Positions 49,451-59,820 of a DNA stretch of 64,000 bases are shown here, one piece after another. Within the stretch, counting starts at the first letter, position 1; each line of letters opens with the position of its first letter. Source of the DNA: an uncultured Sphingorhabdus sp. GTDB lineage: Bacteria; Pseudomonadota; Alphaproteobacteria; Sphingomonadales; Sphingomonadaceae. The stretch lies in contig CAJQNR010000014.1 in assembly GCA_905479715.1 (NCBI GenBank), forward strand, positions 6,677 through 70,676. The letters are read 5' to 3'. The notes beneath the pieces were generated by a model, which did no database searches, was not told where the DNA came from, and saw nothing but the letters and a program-made list of their open reading frames with translations. The position numbers and the translations under genes are program-made.

Positions 49451-50912
49451 GCCAACTGACTCCGTCGCGTTCGGTCAGAGCAATGGCTGCAGATGGGCCC
49501 CAGTTTCCGGCACCATATGTTTTTGTTCTTATGTCATTGGCGGCCCAGGTCTCGCGGATGGCATCGACCCAGTGCCATTGCGCTTCCACTTCGTCACGGC
49601 GCACGAACAATGTCGGATCGCCGTCGATCAGGTCAAGCAGCAAGCGTTCATAGGCGATGCGTTTCCGCGTCTTGGCGAAGGCCTGCGTCAGGGACAGGTC
49701 GAGCGGAACTTCGCGCAAGATTACTCCGTCCCGGTCGAGGCCCGGTTCCTTGGTCATGACTTGCAACCGCACATATTCTTCTGGTTGTAACCGGATAACC
49801 AAGCGGTTGGCGTTGAGCTTGCCGCCGCGGTCGGCAAAGATATTATGCGGTACCGATTTGAACTGGATTACAATTTCGCTGCGGCGTTCCGAGAGGCGTT
49901 TGCCGGTGCGGAGGTAGAAGGGCACGCCCTGCCATCGCCAATTGTCGATATGCGCCTTGATTGCGACGAAGGTTTCCGTGTCGGAACTGCTGCCAAGATC
50001 GTCTTCATAGCTGTTGACCGCTTCGCCTTTTACCGCGCCCTCGCCATATTTTCCGCGTACCATCTCCTCCATTTTCACGGGCCGCAGGCTGCGCAATACC
50101 TTGACCTTTTCATCGCGAATGGAGGTCGCATCAAGATTGGCCGGCGGCTCCATGGCCGTCAGCGCCAGCAGTTGCAGCATATGGTTTTGCACCATATCAC
50201 GCAGTGCCCCGGTGTCGTTGTAAAAGTCGTGCCGCCCCTCGAGACCGACAGTTTCGGAGATTGTAATCTCGACATGGTCAATGCCGTTGGAATTCCACAA
50301 GGGCTCGAACATCATATTGGCGAAGCGTAGCGCCATCAGATTCTGAACGGTTTCCTTGCCGAGATAATGATCGATCCGGAAGGTTTGCTGTTCGGAAAAG
50401 GCCCTGGCAACTGCGTCGTTGATAACCCCCGATGAAACAAGATCATTTCCGAGCGGTTTTTCCAGGCCAATGCGGACAAGCTCACCTGTCAGTCCAGCGG
50501 ATTTGAGCCCCGCAATGGTCGCTTCGAACAGGGAAGGCGCGGTAGAGAGGAATATGGCCAGCCCGCCCGAAATATCACCCATCTTCTGGGCCAAAGCTTC
50601 AAAGCCAAGCACTTCGGATGCGTCCAGCTGCTGGTAGGACAGGCGATCGAGAAAGGACTGGAGCTTGCCGTTACCCTTGCGGTCCTCCGGCAGATATTCC
50701 GACAGGGCTTCCGCTGCCAGCGCGCGATATCCGTCATCCGTCAGTTCGCTGCGCGCCGTGCCCATTATGCGCAGGTCCTCCGCGATCAATCCATCTTCGT
50801 GCAGAGCGAAAAGCGATGGCAAAAGCATGCGTTTGGCCAAGTCTCCGGTTGCGCCAAAAAGCAGCAGCCGGGACGAAATTCTATTATTTTCAGTATCTTC
50901 GGACACGATCAT
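49443..50912 (-). CDS. zwf: Glucose-6-phosphate dehydrogenase
   Basis: FGATGDLA, RIDHYLGKETVQN, RDMVQNH, RWQGVPFYLRTGK. Confidence 0.97.
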   Translation of the reverse strand: MIVSEDTENNRISSRLLLFGATGDLAKRMLLPSLFALHEDGLIAEDLRIMGTARSELTDDGYRALAAEALSEYLPEDRKGNGKLQSFLDRLSYQQLDASEVLGFEALAQKMGDISGGLAIFLSTAPSLFEATIAGLKSAGLTGELVRIGLEKPLGNDLVSSGVINDAVARAFSEQQTFRIDHYLGKETVQNLMALRFANMMFEPLWNSNGIDHVEITISETVGLEGRHDFYNDTGALRDMVQNHMLQLLALTAMEPPANLDATSIRDEKVKVLRSLRPVKMEEMVRGKYGEGAVKGEAVNSYEDDLGSSSDTETFVAIKAHIDNWRWQGVPFYLRTGKRLSERRSEIVIQFKSVPHNIFADRGGKLNANRLVIRLQPEEYVRLQVMTKEPGLDRDGVILREVPLDLSLTQAFAKTRKRIAYERLLLDLIDGDPTLFVRRDEVEAQWHWVDAIRETWAANDIRTKTYGAGNWGPSAAIALTERDGVSWHE

Positions 50913-50985
50913 ACTCCATATTTCTGATATTGTCCGTATTTTACGGATCGTGGGGCACATGATAGCCTAGGCAGGATATCGACTG

Positions 50986-52266
50986 TCATCGGCGAGCAGT
51001 GGCATATATCCCATAACAGGCAATCACAGCATAGCATAATATCGGAACAGTCAATGCTGCTGCCAAACCGGAAAAATCAGCCACCATACCGGTTAACAGC
51101 GGGACGAACGCGCCGCCGACAATTGCAGTACAGAGAAGTCCGGATGCCTGAGGGGCCTCGGCGTCCAGTCCTTCCGTTGCCAGGCTGAAAATAGTCGGAA
51201 ACATGATCGAATTGGCCAGTCCTACCGCGATCAGGGAATAAGCCGCAAGCTCACCACTTGATATTGCTGATGTCAGGTTGAGAAGGATAGCGGCTGCGGC
51301 GAAAAGCGCAAGCAACAGACCCGGCTTTGTCAGGCGGAGCAGAAAGCCGCCCATCAGTCTCCCGACCAGAGCGCCGAGCCAATAATAAGAAAGCATGATC
51401 CCGGCAGATCGTGGATCCAGCGAGAGCGTTCTGTCATCCCCGAGATAATTGATCATGATGCTGGCAATCGCAACTTCTGCGCCAACGTAAAGGAAAATGC
51501 AGACAACGCCGAACCGCAAACGCGCATTGGTCCGAAGCAGAGCAAAACTGCCTTTCACCTTGACCTCTTCGACCTCCTGGCGCTGGATGAAATTGCGGGC
51601 AAACCAGAAAAGAATGGCGATCAGGGCTAGGACGATGGCCAGGCCGATATAGCTGTGACCGATCACGGTGGTTTCCGCGACGCGATAGGCTTTCAATGCT
51701 TCACCGGTCAGTGTTGATCCATCGGTTTTCGAGGTTTCGCCGAGGATGATTTCAGCGCCGAACCGAACCATAAGGAATACGCCAACCGAATTGAAAAATT
51801 GGGCGAAGGTCAGGCGGCTATGCGCGGTTTCCGGGCTGCCCAATGAAAGGATCAGCGGATTGACCGCGACTTGCAGCAGGGTGATACCGCCACCCAGCAT
51901 GAACAGGGCCGCAAGGAAGGATCCGAAAACTCCCGAATAAGCAGCGGGGAGGAAGAGCAGGCACGAGACGGCCATGATGCCAAATCCCAGAACGATTCCA
52001 CGGAAATAGCCCAGTCGCTTCATTACCAGACCAGCGGGAATCGAGAAGATGGCGTAGCTGGTGAAAAAGGCGAATTGTACCAGCATGGCTTGCGCGTAGT
52101 TAAGTGAGAACAGGCCTTTCAGTTTCGGGATCAGGACATCGTTCAGGTTGGTTATCCCGCCAAACAGGAAAAAAATCGCCACCACCAATATCAAGACGCC
52201 GCGCGTTTCCAGCTTCGAACCTTCTTGTGTCCCGGCACTTTGCGCGCTTGTTGCCTGAATTGTCAT
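50986..52266 (-). CDS. GluP/FucP-family sugar MFS transporter
   Basis: LNDVLIP, LVQFAFF, LQVAVNP, YVGAEV, SIMFPTIF, AIVGGA. Confidence 0.92.
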   Translation of the reverse strand: MTIQATSAQSAGTQEGSKLETRGVLILVVAIFFLFGGITNLNDVLIPKLKGLFSLNYAQAMLVQFAFFTSYAIFSIPAGLVMKRLGYFRGIVLGFGIMAVSCLLFLPAAYSGVFGSFLAALFMLGGGITLLQVAVNPLILSLGSPETAHSRLTFAQFFNSVGVFLMVRFGAEIILGETSKTDGSTLTGEALKAYRVAETTVIGHSYIGLAIVLALIAILFWFARNFIQRQEVEEVKVKGSFALLRTNARLRFGVVCIFLYVGAEVAIASIMINYLGDDRTLSLDPRSAGIMLSYYWLGALVGRLMGGFLLRLTKPGLLLALFAAAAILLNLTSAISSGELAAYSLIAVGLANSIMFPTIFSLATEGLDAEAPQASGLLCTAIVGGAFVPLLTGMVADFSGLAAALTVPILCYAVIACYGIYATARR

Positions 52267-52314
52267 TTTCTCTCTCCTGCCTGTCTTTATATTTTTCTCG
52301 GAATTTTTTTGTGA

Positions 52315-54855
52315 TTATTCGCAGTCCAATATCGTGTCGGCTACTGTACCCACCGCCACCCGGGACAAGCTGAACTTGACGGATCCGGTCGTGGAAATCT
52401 GGAACGGCGCATCCAGCTTGCTGACATCAGCGCCTGCCTTGGCGAAGCATTTCAGCGAAAGGCCGACCGTCTGCCATTGGCCAACAGCAAGCGAATTCAG
52501 TCCACGCGGGGCGATTTCGCCGCCACAGCCGGGGCCGCATCGCATAGAGAATTTTATCGGTGCGCTCGCTCTTTCATCATAGCGCATCGTCACCAGCAAC
52601 AGGACATCACCGTTGGTTTCGCGGCTGATATCAATCGGCGCATGGGTAACGAGTTCAATAAGGGCAGGGCCGCTGCCATCCGTAGTGAATTGCCGGGCGC
52701 CTTCCTGCGTCAAATGGTCGACAGCCCTGACCTTTACCCGGCCTTTGACCGCCTCCACCGGGGTGGTGGTGATGCGCGTCCGGTCCGACTCGCCATCGGA
52801 AACAACGAGTGACCATGATGCTGTGGGCAGTCCCTTGTCGAAGAATAATCCGGTGCTGGTTTCCTGTTCCGCCACTCCGGATATTTCCGGCAAGCGTCCC
52901 AATTTCGAATGGCTTTTGGTGGTCAGGCCATAGCCGAGATCAAACAAGCGTGGTCCGAGAGCATCGGCGGTCATCGGCCAGGTAAATCCCAGTTTTCCCT
53001 GAAATTCATAGGCTATTTTACCGTCCTTGTCGCGGAACAACATGTCGGCGACGCCGCCACCTTCGGAGCCGGGCAACCAGGCGGTGACGAACGCATCGGA
53101 CGCATTGATTTCCGGGTTGGTCCACAAGGGGCGACCGGTGAGGAAGACCGCAACAACCGGAATCCCCTCGGCCTTGAGTTTCCGCATCGTTGCCAGCGGC
53201 CCCTGTAACCCGGGCTTGAGCTGCAGCGTTTTGAGATCGCCCTGGAATTCGGCATAGGGGGTTTCCCCAAAGACCACGATCGCGGCATCCGGCTTTTCGG
53301 TGAACCTGCCATCGGGTGTATGGCGGGCGGTGCCGCCAGCTGCGGTGACGGCATCCTTTATACCCTGCCAGATCGAGGTCGCGCCGGGGAATTTGTCGTT
53401 GGTGATGCCCGTGCCTTGCCAGGTCAGTGTCCAGCCTCCCGAAGCCCGGCCAATATCGTCTGCGCCATCCCCGGCGACGAGAATATGGCTTTTCGGACTG
53501 AGCGGTAAAATCTGGTTCTCATTCTTGATGAGGACTAGCGACTTGCGCACCGCTTCGCGAGCAAGTGCGCGATGATCGGCGCTGCCTAGTAAATCATAGC
53601 GTCCGGAATAGGGGCGACTCGACGGACGGCCCGCTTCAAACAGCCCGGCGCGGATTTTGACCCGTAATATATTGGCGACGGCATCATCAAGCCGAATCAT
53701 AGGCACTGTGCCGTCTTTCGCCTGCTTCACCAGGCTATGATATAAAGGCTTCCACGTGTCCGGGGCCATATACATATCGAGTCCGGCATTTATCGCCTGC
53801 GGGCAGCTGGCATTGGTGCATCCCTGAATCTGGCCGTGCGCATTCCAGTCGCTGACGATGAAGCCGCCAAAGCGCATGCGTGTCTTTAACACGTCCGTTA
53901 GCAGACCTTTATGGCCGGTTATTTTCTGACCGTTCCAGCTGGAGAAGCTGGCCATGATGGTTTGCACGCCGGCGTTTATCGCCGGAACATAAGGCGTGCC
54001 GTGAATATCCCGCAATTCTGTCTCGCTGATGCGGGCATCGCCCTGGTCGCGGCCCTCGAAAGTGCCGCCATCGGCGAGAAAATGTTTGGTGCTGGCCAGT
54101 ACGTGCGGGCCGCTCAAAATGGGTTTGTCACCCGGCACCCCTTGCAGTCCCTTGATGAACCGCCCGACATAGCTGGCGACCAGAGCAGGGTCTTGAGAAT
54201 AGCCTTCATAGGCGCGGCCCCAGCGACCGTCTTGCGGCACAGTGATGGTAGGAGCGAAGGTCCATTCGATTCCGGTTGATCGCAATTCGAGCGCCGTTGC
54301 CTGAGCGATTCGCTCCAATAATTCGGGATCGCGCATCGCGCCGAGGCCGACATTATGAGGAAATAGCGTCGCCCCCACAATATTGCTGTGGCCGTGAACC
54401 GCATCCGTGCCCCAGATGATCGGAATGGCGGTGCGGCCGCCGCTGGTGTCAACCGAGGCATCATAAAAGGCATCGGCGAGCGCCAGCCATTTGTCCGGTG
54501 GGGCAAATTCGTCTCCGCCCGGTGCAGAGTTCCCGCCATTGAGGATCGAACCAAGATGATAGCGTTTCGCTTCTTCCGGTGTGACGCTGGCGATATCGGC
54601 CTGGATGACCTGACCGACCTTCTCTTCGATCGTCATGCGCGCGATGATTGATTCAATGCGAGCCTCTACGGCGGCATCTTTGACATAGGGCCAATTCGCC
54701 TGCGGCCAGATCTCTGGGTGGACGGTTGTTGCGCCATCATCTGGCGTTGTTGAAACGTTTTCAGCCGGAAGGGGCGTGGTTACGCAGGCCGGGATCATCG
54801 TCAGGGCCAGCAACGGGCCAGCGATTTTGTAATATCTATTCAAGGTCAATTCCAT
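52315..54855 (-). CDS. GH3 beta-glucosidase / exo-1,3/1,4-beta-glucan glucohydrolase, probable lipoprotein
   Basis: TDAVHGH, KHFLADGG, VSDWN nucleophile motif, GETPYAE, WLPGSEG; lipobox IPAC; start moved to the GGAGG-proximal codon. Confidence 0.92.
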   Translation of the reverse strand: MELTLNRYYKIAGPLLALTMIPACVTTPLPAENVSTTPDDGATTVHPEIWPQANWPYVKDAAVEARIESIIARMTIEEKVGQVIQADIASVTPEEAKRYHLGSILNGGNSAPGGDEFAPPDKWLALADAFYDASVDTSGGRTAIPIIWGTDAVHGHSNIVGATLFPHNVGLGAMRDPELLERIAQATALELRSTGIEWTFAPTITVPQDGRWGRAYEGYSQDPALVASYVGRFIKGLQGVPGDKPILSGPHVLASTKHFLADGGTFEGRDQGDARISETELRDIHGTPYVPAINAGVQTIMASFSSWNGQKITGHKGLLTDVLKTRMRFGGFIVSDWNAHGQIQGCTNASCPQAINAGLDMYMAPDTWKPLYHSLVKQAKDGTVPMIRLDDAVANILRVKIRAGLFEAGRPSSRPYSGRYDLLGSADHRALAREAVRKSLVLIKNENQILPLSPKSHILVAGDGADDIGRASGGWTLTWQGTGITNDKFPGATSIWQGIKDAVTAAGGTARHTPDGRFTEKPDAAIVVFGETPYAEFQGDLKTLQLKPGLQGPLATMRKLKAEGIPVVAVFLTGRPLWTNPEINASDAFVTAWLPGSEGGGVADMLFRDKDGKIAYEFQGKLGFTWPMTADALGPRLFDLGYGLTTKSHSKLGRLPEISGVAEQETSTGLFFDKGLPTASWSLVVSDGESDRTRITTTPVEAVKGRVKVRAVDHLTQEGARQFTTDGSGPALIELVTHAPIDISRETNGDVLLLVTMRYDERASAPIKFSMRCGPGCGGEIAPRGLNSLAVGQWQTVGLSLKCFAKAGADVSKLDAPFQISTTGSVKFSLSRVAVGTVADTILDCE

Positions 54856-54914
54856 ATCCTCCCGCACAGTCTCGGCTATTTTCGAGTAGCCTTCCGACCG
54901 GCCAATACATATTT

Positions 54915-54975
54915 TTGACAACGTTATCAATAAAATTTGACAACCTTGTCATTTTTGCGTTGACAGCGTTATCAA
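54915..54975. promoter_or_regulatory. Three tandem LacI-type operators in the divergent GH3/TBDR promoter region
   Basis: TTGACAACGTTATCAA (54915-54930), TGACAACCTTGTCA (54938-54951), TTGACAGCGTTATCAA (54960-54975). Confidence 0.85.
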
Positions 54976-55133
54976 TTTCTTGCAGATCAATATGCGAGAT
55001 GGACTTGTCTGAGTCCATTGGCGCAACTGGGGCGTGCATTTTGCCCTTTTTCACATCTGCAGGTCGCAATGGCTGCAGATGATATAAAATGGATGATTTC
55101 GCGGAAAAGCGTTACATTCGGGAGGATGTTAGA

Positions 55134-58100
55134 ATGATCGGTAACAGAAATATATCGCGACGTAGTTTAATGGCTGCTGCTTCCTTGTACGCAATGGGAA
55201 GTGCCTGCATTGCCATGGCTCAGGACGCTCCGGCTCCGGAAGCGGAGGCCACCGAAACAGATGAAAATATCATCATCGTCAGCGGGTTTCGCGCATCGCT
55301 GGAAAATGCGCTGGTCTCCAAACGTGATTCAAACCTGATCATTGAATCGGTGACGGCGGAAGATATCGGCAAATTCCCGGACCAGAATATCGCAGAGTCG
55401 CTGCAGCGCCTACCTGGCGTGCAGATCGATCGCGAAAATGGTCAGGGGACAAAAGTCCGTATTCGCGGACTGGAACAAAATCTGACGCTTCTCAATGGTG
55501 ATCTGTTCGTCAGTGGTCAGGAAACCTTCAAGGTCGGTGAGGGCAATTTTGTCCGCAACGATTCGCTCGAAGGTGTGCCATCCGAGTTGATCGGTGGTGT
55601 CGACGTATTCAAGTCACCCAATGCTTCTTTGATTGAAGGGGGCCTCGGTGGCATCGTCAACCTGAAGACGCGCAGCGCGCTCGACATGAAAGAGGGCTTC
55701 ACTGTTGCCGGTAACGCCCGAATGAACAAGGGTTCTGAAATCGGTGGATGGGAACCAACGGGAGCGTTGATCGCGAGCTATAATTTTAATGACAAGCTGG
55801 GTATTATCGCCTCTTTCAGCTATGATAAAACCAACGATCACCATAATGTGCTCGGCGGAGAAAATCGCGGAAACTGGGCGTTTGCCGACGGACGCCGCGA
55901 CACCGCGACAACGCCAACCAACTATTATGCTCCGGAATATCGCTATATCACCGACCGCGATCAATATCGTCGGCGCTGGGGTGCCTCGCTTGGCATCAAC
56001 TATCGTCCGACCGACGAACTGGAGCTGAGTGCGACCTATATCCACTCCGACCTGAAGGTGGACACCCGCGAAGCCTCGGCCAAATTCCCGTTCGGACAGG
56101 GAGAATTGCTGCAGTTGAGCCCGGACGCCGTGATCGACGCCAATGGCGTTTTGCAAGGCGGCACCGTGCAGGCGAATTCGGCCGAGGTTATCTCGCTGGT
56201 AGATGTCACGAACATTACGTCGGACAATTTGCAATTCGGGATCGATTGGGACAATGGTGACAATTTCCGCGTCAATATCGCTGCAAATTATTCAACTGCG
56301 GATCTCAATCGCGAAGTAGCCAATGCCGACGTTCGCTATACCCAATATGGCATTCGCGCGACCGATCCCGGCGGCGCTCTGATCAACGGTGTACCCGGCA
56401 ATCCGGCGGCTCCGGCGACCTGGGATTTCAATTATGCAAACGGCAAATTCCCGACCTTCGGCTTTGGTGCCGGCACGGCTGACGATTTGTTCACCAATCC
56501 GGCAAATGGCTATTTCAAATCGCATTGGGCTTTTGGCGATCGTTCGAAAGTCGACGGCCATTCGATCAAGGCGGATTTTGCCTATGACGTCGACAATAGC
56601 GATGACAATACGATAACCCTGAGTGCGGGTTTCCGCTATGGTCAACGCACCGTCGAATTCGGTTCGGGACGTTATCTTGCCGACTATTCCGGCAAGGGTG
56701 AACTGGATGCAACGGCGATTCCCGACGCGGAGCGGGTGGCAAATTTCCAGTATAACTGGACGCCATATGGTTATTTCCAGGACGGCGCGATCGGGTACAA
56801 GATATGCGATCTTCCCGAGGCCAACAAGCCTGCCGCTTTTGCCGGTTGCAGCCGTTTTGGCAATTCTCCCGCTCTGATCACTCCGTTCCAGTCCTTTATC
56901 TCCAATCCGGAACGGGTGGAAACGATCGAAAACTTTGCCGGCGGTGGTAATATTCCGGGCAACAGCATTTCGGTGCAGGACCGCGCCCAGATGACCAATG
57001 CACTGGCCTGGATTCAGGCGCTTTATCCGGACACGCCGTTCAGCTATTTTGAAGACCCGCTGCAGGCCTATCTCGTCAAGGAAGAAACAAAATCGGGCTA
57101 TGTGATGGCTGATATGGGCGGGGCGGATGATCCTTATCATATCAATGTCGGCTTGCGGATTGTGAACACCAGATTGCGGGTGGACCAGAACCAGCCGGCC
57201 AATGCTGATCCAAGCTATTGGGGGACGGACAGCTGGAATGGTGTCTTGCGTGATTTCCAGACAGACACGATTGTTCGGAGCACGACCGACTTCCTGCCGA
57301 GCATCAACGCGGTTGTTGATATCGCCGATGACAAGAAGCTGCGTTTCTCTGCCGCACGCGTTGTTGCGCGGCAAAAGCTTGACGATCTTGGTCGCGGGTT
57401 CTCCACGCAGTTCACCAGAGATTCGACAGTTGGTTCGCCGACCGAAAATCTGTTCCTTTTCACCAACGGTTCACGGGGTAATGCCGAGCTGGAGCCGTTC
57501 CGCGCCTATCAGTTTGACCTCGCCTATGAAATGTATTTTGGTCGCCAGGGTCTGCTGTCAATTGGTGCTTTCTGGAAAGAAGTGGATTCGTTCATTGTTA
57601 CGGAGACCGTTCCGGTCTTCGTCAATGATCAGGCAGGCGGCCGATTGGGGCCCGTCAGCCAGCCGGCCAACGGCACCGGCGGTCGTGTCCGCGGTTTCGA
57701 AGTTGCGGGCCAATATGCCTTTGACTTTGGTCTGGGCTTCACCGCCAACTATACATTCTCGGATACCAAGACCGATGGCTTCAATGACTTTGACGACAAT
57801 CTGGCATTGCCGGGCGTATCGAAACACTCGTTGAACACGCAGCTATATTTCGAGAAAGGCGGATTTGCAGCGCGCGGGTCGTACACCTGGCGGTCAAAGC
57901 AATTTGTCGGAAATTTCGGTTTTGGCGATGGCGGTGTGACGCGCACGCTTGGCATATACCAGCGGGCCTACGGCCAGTTCGATGGTCAGATATCCTACGA
58001 TATCAACGAGAATTTCGGGGTATTTGTCGAAGGGATAAATCTGACCAAGTCGAACCAGTCGGCCTATCTGCAATTCCCGGAACTGCCATTCCGGTATGAA

Positions 58101-58145
58101 TCCGGCTCTCGCAGGATCTATGTCGGCGGCAAATTCAAATTCTAG
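55134..58145 (+). CDS. TonB-dependent receptor (carbohydrate type)
   Basis: TonB box IIVSGFRASL, EDIGKFPDQNIAESLQRLPGV plug, C-terminal Phe. Confidence 0.95.
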   Translation: MIGNRNISRRSLMAAASLYAMGSACIAMAQDAPAPEAEATETDENIIIVSGFRASLENALVSKRDSNLIIESVTAEDIGKFPDQNIAESLQRLPGVQIDRENGQGTKVRIRGLEQNLTLLNGDLFVSGQETFKVGEGNFVRNDSLEGVPSELIGGVDVFKSPNASLIEGGLGGIVNLKTRSALDMKEGFTVAGNARMNKGSEIGGWEPTGALIASYNFNDKLGIIASFSYDKTNDHHNVLGGENRGNWAFADGRRDTATTPTNYYAPEYRYITDRDQYRRRWGASLGINYRPTDELELSATYIHSDLKVDTREASAKFPFGQGELLQLSPDAVIDANGVLQGGTVQANSAEVISLVDVTNITSDNLQFGIDWDNGDNFRVNIAANYSTADLNREVANADVRYTQYGIRATDPGGALINGVPGNPAAPATWDFNYANGKFPTFGFGAGTADDLFTNPANGYFKSHWAFGDRSKVDGHSIKADFAYDVDNSDDNTITLSAGFRYGQRTVEFGSGRYLADYSGKGELDATAIPDAERVANFQYNWTPYGYFQDGAIGYKICDLPEANKPAAFAGCSRFGNSPALITPFQSFISNPERVETIENFAGGGNIPGNSISVQDRAQMTNALAWIQALYPDTPFSYFEDPLQAYLVKEETKSGYVMADMGGADDPYHINVGLRIVNTRLRVDQNQPANADPSYWGTDSWNGVLRDFQTDTIVRSTTDFLPSINAVVDIADDKKLRFSAARVVARQKLDDLGRGFSTQFTRDSTVGSPTENLFLFTNGSRGNAELEPFRAYQFDLAYEMYFGRQGLLSIGAFWKEVDSFIVTETVPVFVNDQAGGRLGPVSQPANGTGGRVRGFEVAGQYAFDFGLGFTANYTFSDTKTDGFNDFDDNLALPGVSKHSLNTQLYFEKGGFAARGSYTWRSKQFVGNFGFGDGGVTRTLGIYQRAYGQFDGQISYDINENFGVFVEGINLTKSNQSAYLQFPELPFRYESGSRRIYVGGKFKF

Positions 58146-58157
58146 GCTCCCGTGATG

Positions 58158-58195
58158 CGAGCCCGTATCCCCTGTGGATACGGGCTCGGTTTTTT
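58158..58195 (+). terminator. Intrinsic terminator between the TBDR and halogenase genes
   Basis: CGAGCCCGTATCC...GGATACGGGCTCG followed by T6. Confidence 0.85.
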
Positions 58196-58263
58196 GCGAG
58201 TTTGTTTGCCGGTCTGACAACTGCCAAATCATGGTCCGGCGACCGGGAATGCGGAACACGATT

Positions 58264-59820
58264 ATGAGTGAAACGCGTCAGATCAGAAAAATCGCCATTG
58301 TTGGCGGCGGCACTGCCGGTTGGTCGGCGGCCTGCTTGCTGGGCCGGATTTTCGCCCGTGACAGCACCGAGATCATGTTGATCGAGTCATCGGCCATACC
58401 AACCATTGGCGTCGGTGAGGCAACGATTCCTCCGGTCTTTGAATTTCTAAAGCTGCTCGAAATAAACCCGGTCGATTTTGTCAAGGAAACCCAGGCTACT
58501 TTCAAACTGGGAATCGAGTTTCGTGACTGGTTGAAGAGCGGTCACAGCTATTGGCATCCGTTCGGTAATTTTGGCGTCACCATCGATCGCCGGCCGTTCC
58601 ACCATTATTGGTGGAAGAATGAAGCCCAGGGTCATGAAGGCCGTGTAGCGGACTTCTGCCCCTCGATTGCATTGGCCGAGCAGAATAAATTTCTCTTCCC
58701 ACCAGCGGATGGCCAGTTTCCGGGCGGTGCTCTCTCTTATGCCTTGCATTTTGATGCCGGCTTGGTCGCGACCTATCTGCGCCGGGTTTCCGAACAGCTC
58801 GGCGTGATCCGCCTTGATCGTAAAGTCGAACGGGCGACGATCGATGATCGCGGTCATATCGACCAGCTATTCTGCGACGATGGCTCGGCCGTATCGGCCG
58901 ACCTTTACATTGATTGCTCCGGCTTCCGCGGGTTGCTGATCGAACAAGGTTTGAACGCCGGCTATGAAGACTGGACCAACTGGTTGCCCTGCGATCGCGC
59001 CGTGGCCGTGCAGAGCGAGGCGGCTGGGCCGCGAACACCCTATACGTTATCAATCGCGCGCGAAGCAGGCTGGCAATGGCGTATCCCGCTGCAAAGCCGC
59101 GTCGGCAACGGCTATGTCTATTCCAGCGCTTATATCAGCGATGCCGATGCCGAGGAACGGCTGGTTGGTTCGCTGGACGGAAAGGCCCTTGCAGACCCCC
59201 GGGTGATCGGTTTTACCGCCGGCCATCGGAGAAAATTCTGGAAAGGCAATTGCGTGTCGATCGGATTGTCTGCGGGATTTCTGGAGCCACTGGAGTCAAC
59301 CAGCATCCACCTGATCGTGACCGGCCTCAACCGGCTGCTCGACTATTTCCCTGACCGCAATTTCGATCCCTCGCTGGAAGCCGCCTATAACCGCGAGACC
59401 CTGACCGAATATGAGCATATTCGCGACTTTCTCATGCTCCATTATTATCCCAATCAGCGCGTTGGCGAACCGTTTTGGGATCATGTTCGTGAAGCGCCGC
59501 TGCCGCACAGTCTCACCGAGAAGATCGAAATGTTTGAACATAACGGCAGAATCATATCGCGCCGGCGCGAGCTGTTCCACGATTTGAGCTGGTTTTTTGT
59601 AGCGCGCGGTATGGGGCTAAAGCCGAAGAGCTATGATCCATTGGTGGATATCCCCGATTTTGCAGATGTTCGGGACATAATGGGGAAGGTTAGTGCGGCA
59701 GTTGAGCAGTTCGCCGCTGCCGCTCCGTCGCATGATCAGTTTCTGGAAGCGCTGATCACGCCGGGCAACCATCGTCGTCCCGCTTTTCATCCACCGTCCA
59801 TATCCGGTTTCGGGCGTTAA
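58264..59820 (+). CDS. Tryptophan halogenase-family flavin-dependent halogenase
   Basis: GGGTAGW, GVGEAT, ATFKLGI (catalytic Lys), WQWRIP (WxWxIP), LEPLESTSI. Confidence 0.92.
   Translation: MSETRQIRKIAIVGGGTAGWSAACLLGRIFARDSTEIMLIESSAIPTIGVGEATIPPVFEFLKLLEINPVDFVKETQATFKLGIEFRDWLKSGHSYWHPFGNFGVTIDRRPFHHYWWKNEAQGHEGRVADFCPSIALAEQNKFLFPPADGQFPGGALSYALHFDAGLVATYLRRVSEQLGVIRLDRKVERATIDDRGHIDQLFCDDGSAVSADLYIDCSGFRGLLIEQGLNAGYEDWTNWLPCDRAVAVQSEAAGPRTPYTLSIAREAGWQWRIPLQSRVGNGYVYSSAYISDADAEERLVGSLDGKALADPRVIGFTAGHRRKFWKGNCVSIGLSAGFLEPLESTSIHLIVTGLNRLLDYFPDRNFDPSLEAAYNRETLTEYEHIRDFLMLHYYPNQRVGEPFWDHVREAPLPHSLTEKIEMFEHNGRIISRRRELFHDLSWFFVARGMGLKPKSYDPLVDIPDFADVRDIMGKVSAAVEQFAAAAPSHDQFLEALITPGNHRRPAFHPPSISGFGR

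Noticed and set aside
54915-54975. Three spaced repeats as a mini-CRISPR array
   Set aside because: Units are 14-16 bp palindromes with 7-8 nt gaps and there are no cas genes; they fit LacI operators
55103-55118. Possible fourth LacI-type site (GAAAAGCGTTACA) in the TBDR leader
   Set aside because: Only a partial match to the three clear operators
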